A DNA stretch of 64,000 nt from Scyliorhinus canicula (lineage: Eukaryota): the NCBI RefSeq assembly GCF_902713615.1, contig NC_052158.1, positions 32,281,990 to 32,345,989 of the forward strand, written 5' to 3'. The notes under the pieces are model-generated. The model saw only the letters and a list, made by a program, of their open reading frames with translations. It was not told the origin of the DNA and ran no database searches. The first letter of the stretch is position 1; every line of letters begins with the position of its first letter. Below are positions 60,421 to 64,000 of the stretch, one piece after another. The position numbers and the translations under genes were made by a program.

Positions 60421-63400
60421 TATTTGATTTGTCAACAATTTCTCATTAAACATTCTGTTTGATTCTTCACATTTGGTCAGTCAGATGTCTGAATAATAAC
60501 ACCAGCCGATTGCGGTTCGTAATGCCATTTAGGGAAGGAAATCTGCCCTCTAACCAGGTCTGGCCTACATGCAATTCCAGACTTACAGTGATGTGGTTAA
60601 CTTTGAACTGCCACTTTGCTCAAGGGCAATTAGGGATGGGCAATAAATGCTCCCTCGACAATGACACTCTCATTCCATTAAAGAACAAAGTTTAAAAAAC
60701 AACTTGGAGATTTGAAGAGCTGAGGAGTGACGCTGTGAATTCTGATACATGGAGGTGTCATATGAGGAAGTGTTGTCATCCGCAGGGATGCAGTCTGAGG
60801 AGAAATGCCCCAAGGGGCAACAACATGAGGGTGACCGCAGAATCTGGTACATGGAGATGGGACTGGGTCTTGGGTGTATCTGTGACTCATTCTCTGTGAC
60901 CGTCTTTGGGGCAGCAGGGTAGCATGGTGGTTAGCATAAATGCTTCACAGCTCCAGGGTCCCAGGTTCGATTCCCGGCTGGGTCACTGTCTGTGTGGAGT
61001 CTGCACGTCCTCCCCCTGTGTGCGTGGGTTTCCTCCGGGTGCTCCGGTTTCCTCCCACAGTCCAAAGATGTGCGGGTTAGGTGGATTGGCCATGCTAAAT
61101 TGCCCGTAGTGTCCTAATAAAAGTAAGGTTAAGGGGGGGTTGTTGGGTTACGGGTATAGGGTGGATACGTGGGTTTGAGTAGGGTGATCATGGCTCGGCA
61201 CAACATTGAGGGCCGAAGGGCCTGTTCTGTGCTGTACTGTTCTATGTTCTATGTTCTATGTTCTATGACCGTGAGTGAGCTGCTCAATGTGATGTTTATG
61301 TGGTCATGGACTGAAAGTGGAATAAGCTGGATTGTAGCCAGCGTACGGACTGTGACAGGGGATTGTCAGGAATGTGTGACAGAATTTCACTGACATCACC
61401 GATCAGGATTCAGCCCCTGATACTCAGCTACCTGAAACAGTGTTTGTCTTTGAAACAACAGTGACTGTACCTCAAATAATTCACAGGCTGTCAGGTACTG
61501 TGGGCGATCCTGGGACAGGAGCTGTGTTGCATGGGCATGACAATGATCAACAACTCTGTATAGTTAGTTCAGGGACTTTCCGACAGATAAGGGAAGAGTA
61601 AATGGAGCAAACATCAACAATTGTGGATCCTGTGGGAAGTAGATAAGCAGCCAGAGTGATGGTGAAATGTGGGCGGGTTAAATTACAGAGACTGTGTTAC
61701 AGGGCATTGAGATCTCTGAAAGAATTTTCTCCCGAGGTCCATTTATAATAATAATCTTTATTATTGTCACAAGTAGGCTTACATGAACACATTTTCAACC
61801 CTTTCTCCATTCTCCCTCACCCTTGTGCCCCCTACCCACAAATAAACCAAAATCCCAGATAGAAATGGTAAACCCAATAACTTACCACAAGTCCAAAAAT
61901 TGAAACAACGTCCTAAACATATCACACACCCAACCACAAACCCTCACACCCAGCAACCTACCCTCTCTGTAAACTCCTCCAGCTCTACACCCTCCGAGAT
62001 ACCTCAGCTCCTCTAATACTGACCTCCAGTCCACCCCAATTTAAATCACTCCACTACTGGGATTGTGTCTTCAGCTTCCAGAACACTGAGCTCTGGAATT
62101 CCCGCCCTAAAGCTCTCCGTCTCTCATCTCACTTTCCTCCCTGAAGACACTCTTTGAAACCAGCCTCGGACCAATCATTTCTTCAATGGCCTCACATCTC
62201 CCTGCGAGGCTCAATGTCATATTTACGTTACAACGGTCCTGTGAAGTTCCTCGGGCATGTTTTATTACATGACAGTCATTTAAGTTGTGCTTTTCACCAA
62301 TGAAGATACATATTAGAAATAGAAGAAAACCAAGGGGCAAATAAGAATGAGGAAATTGACATAATTGATATCTGTGGAGAAAATGCATTGAGTTAAGGGA
62401 TTTAAATCCAACGAAATCCCAGGACCTTATGGATGACATCCCAGGGTTCTAAAAGAGGTGGCTGCAGAAATAATTTTACTTTAAATTAGTTTATGGGATG
62501 TTGGCATCTCTGGCTAAGCCAGCACTTATTTCCCGTCCCTAATTGCTTTCGAGAAGGTGGTGGTGACCTGCCCGACACAGCCCCTGTAGACACACAATGC
62601 TGTTAAGGAGGGAGTTCTGTGATTTTGACAGTGAAGGAATGGCCAACTCTTTCCAAGTCAGTGTTGTGTGTGGCCTGAAGTGGAGCTTGCAGCTGGTGGT
62701 GTTCCCAGGTATCAGCTTCTTTCAGATGGTAGTTGTTGTGGGTTTGGAAGGTGCTGCCGTAGGAGACTTGGTGAGTTCCTGCAGCGCATCTTGTAGATGG
62801 TACACATGGCTGCTGCTGTGTGGTCGAAGGTGGAGGTAGTGAATGTTTGTGCAAGGGGGAGCAATCAAGTTGTCTACTTTGTCCTGGATGGTATCAAGTA
62901 TCTTACACGCTGTTGTAGCTGCTTTCATCCAGGCAAGTGGAAGGTACACCACTACACTCCCAACTTGTGCCTTGTAGATGGTGAACAGGCTTTGGTAAGT
63001 CAGGCGGTGAGTTACCTGCTGGAGAATTCCTAGCCTCTGACTTGCTTTTGTAATACATTTATATGCCAGTCCAGTTCCGTTTCTGTTCAAAGGTAGCCTC
63101 CAAAATGTTGATAGTGAGGGATTCAGCGGCAATGCCACTGAATGTCAAAGGGTGATGATTAGATCCTCTCGTGTAGGAGATGGTCATTGCCTTGCCCTTG
63201 TGTGGCGTTAACGTTACCACTTTTCAGCCCAAGCCTGGATATTGTACAGGCCTTGCTCTATTTGGACATGGACCGCTTTAGGATCTGAAGAGTCACAAAT
63301 AGTACTAAAAATTATGCAATCATCAACATAATAACCACACTTCTGAACTTATAATGAAAGGAAGGTCATTGATGAAGCAGCTGAAGATGGTTGGGCCGAG

Positions 63401-64000
63401 GACACTACCCTGAAAAGCTCCTGCAGTGATGTCCCGGGACTCAGATTACTGACCACTAACCACTGCAATCATCTTCCTTTGTTCCAGGTATGACTCCAAC
63501 CAATGGAGGGTTTTCCCCCTGATTCCCAATTACTCCAGTTTTGTGAAGACTCCTTGCCTTGATGCCACTCTTGGTCAAATGCTGTTTTGATGTCAAGGTC
63601 AGTCACTCTCACGTCATCTCGAGAGTTCAGCTCTTTTGCCCATGTTTGAACAATGACTGCAATAAGGTCAGGATCTGAGTTACACTGGCGGAACCCAGAC
63701 CGAGTGTCAGTGAGCAGGTTATTGCAAAGTGCTGCTTGATAGCACTGGTGATTACTCCTTCCAACATTTTACTGATGGTCGAGAGTAGGCTGATTGGGCC
63801 GTAATTGGCCAGGTTGGATTTGTCCTGTTTCTTGTATAGATGACATACTTGGGCAATTTTCCACGTTGCCTGGTCGATGCCAGTGTTGCAGCTGTACTGG
63901 CACAGCTTGGCTTGGGGTGCTGCAAGTTCTGGAGCACAAGTCTTCAGTAGTATTGCCAGGATATTGTCAGGGCCCTTTACAGTATCCAGGTCCTTCAGTC
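60421..64000 (+). repeat. Segmental duplication, copy 2 (matches 1-3936; runs off the window)
   Basis: Colinear with copy 1 apart from copy-specific SINE and LTR insertions. Confidence 0.93.
60904..61265 (+). mobile_element. Young HE1-type SINE, absent from duplication copy 1
   Basis: 7-bp TSD TGACCGT (60897-60903 and 61266-61272); the empty site at about 480 has a single TGACCGT. Confidence 0.93.

Noticed and set aside
60906-61109. Identical 61-67-aa ORF (MVVSINASQLQGPRFDSR..) recurring several times, and tRNA-like A/B boxes
   Set aside because: SINE body; neither a protein-coding gene nor a tRNA gene.

Overview
Vertebrate genomic DNA, very likely a shark: it is rich in HE1/V-SINE-type SINEs and CR1, L1 and Penelope elements and carries a shark-type class I protein. 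The only recognisable host gene is an 8-exon MHC class I heavy-chain gene on the minus strand, join(complement 29935..29983, 28281..28541, 27749..28021, 26418..26681, 10582..10683, 10183..10215, 10025..10069, 6381..6394). That is 1041 nt, 346 aa plus stop, with GT-AG phase-1 introns and an S-X-Y promoter module. Peptide-anchoring residues are partly substituted, so it looks non-classical (elasmobranch UBA-like from memory; needs a tree). Two introns carry minisatellites built from copies of their own 5' splice site. Intron 2 has four CCAAT boxes. The alpha3 exon is followed by an in-frame stop and AATAAA. Intron 4 is 15.7 kb and holds a Gypsy > hAT MITE > L1 nest plus a 5.5-kb satellite. The first ~3.9 kb of the window recurs from 60421 to the end, implying a ~60-kb tandem duplication unit and probably a class I gene array. 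The rest is retroelements, solo LTRs with target-site duplications (TSDs), Harbinger-like MITEs and satellites. All coordinates were counted by eye; no searches were run.
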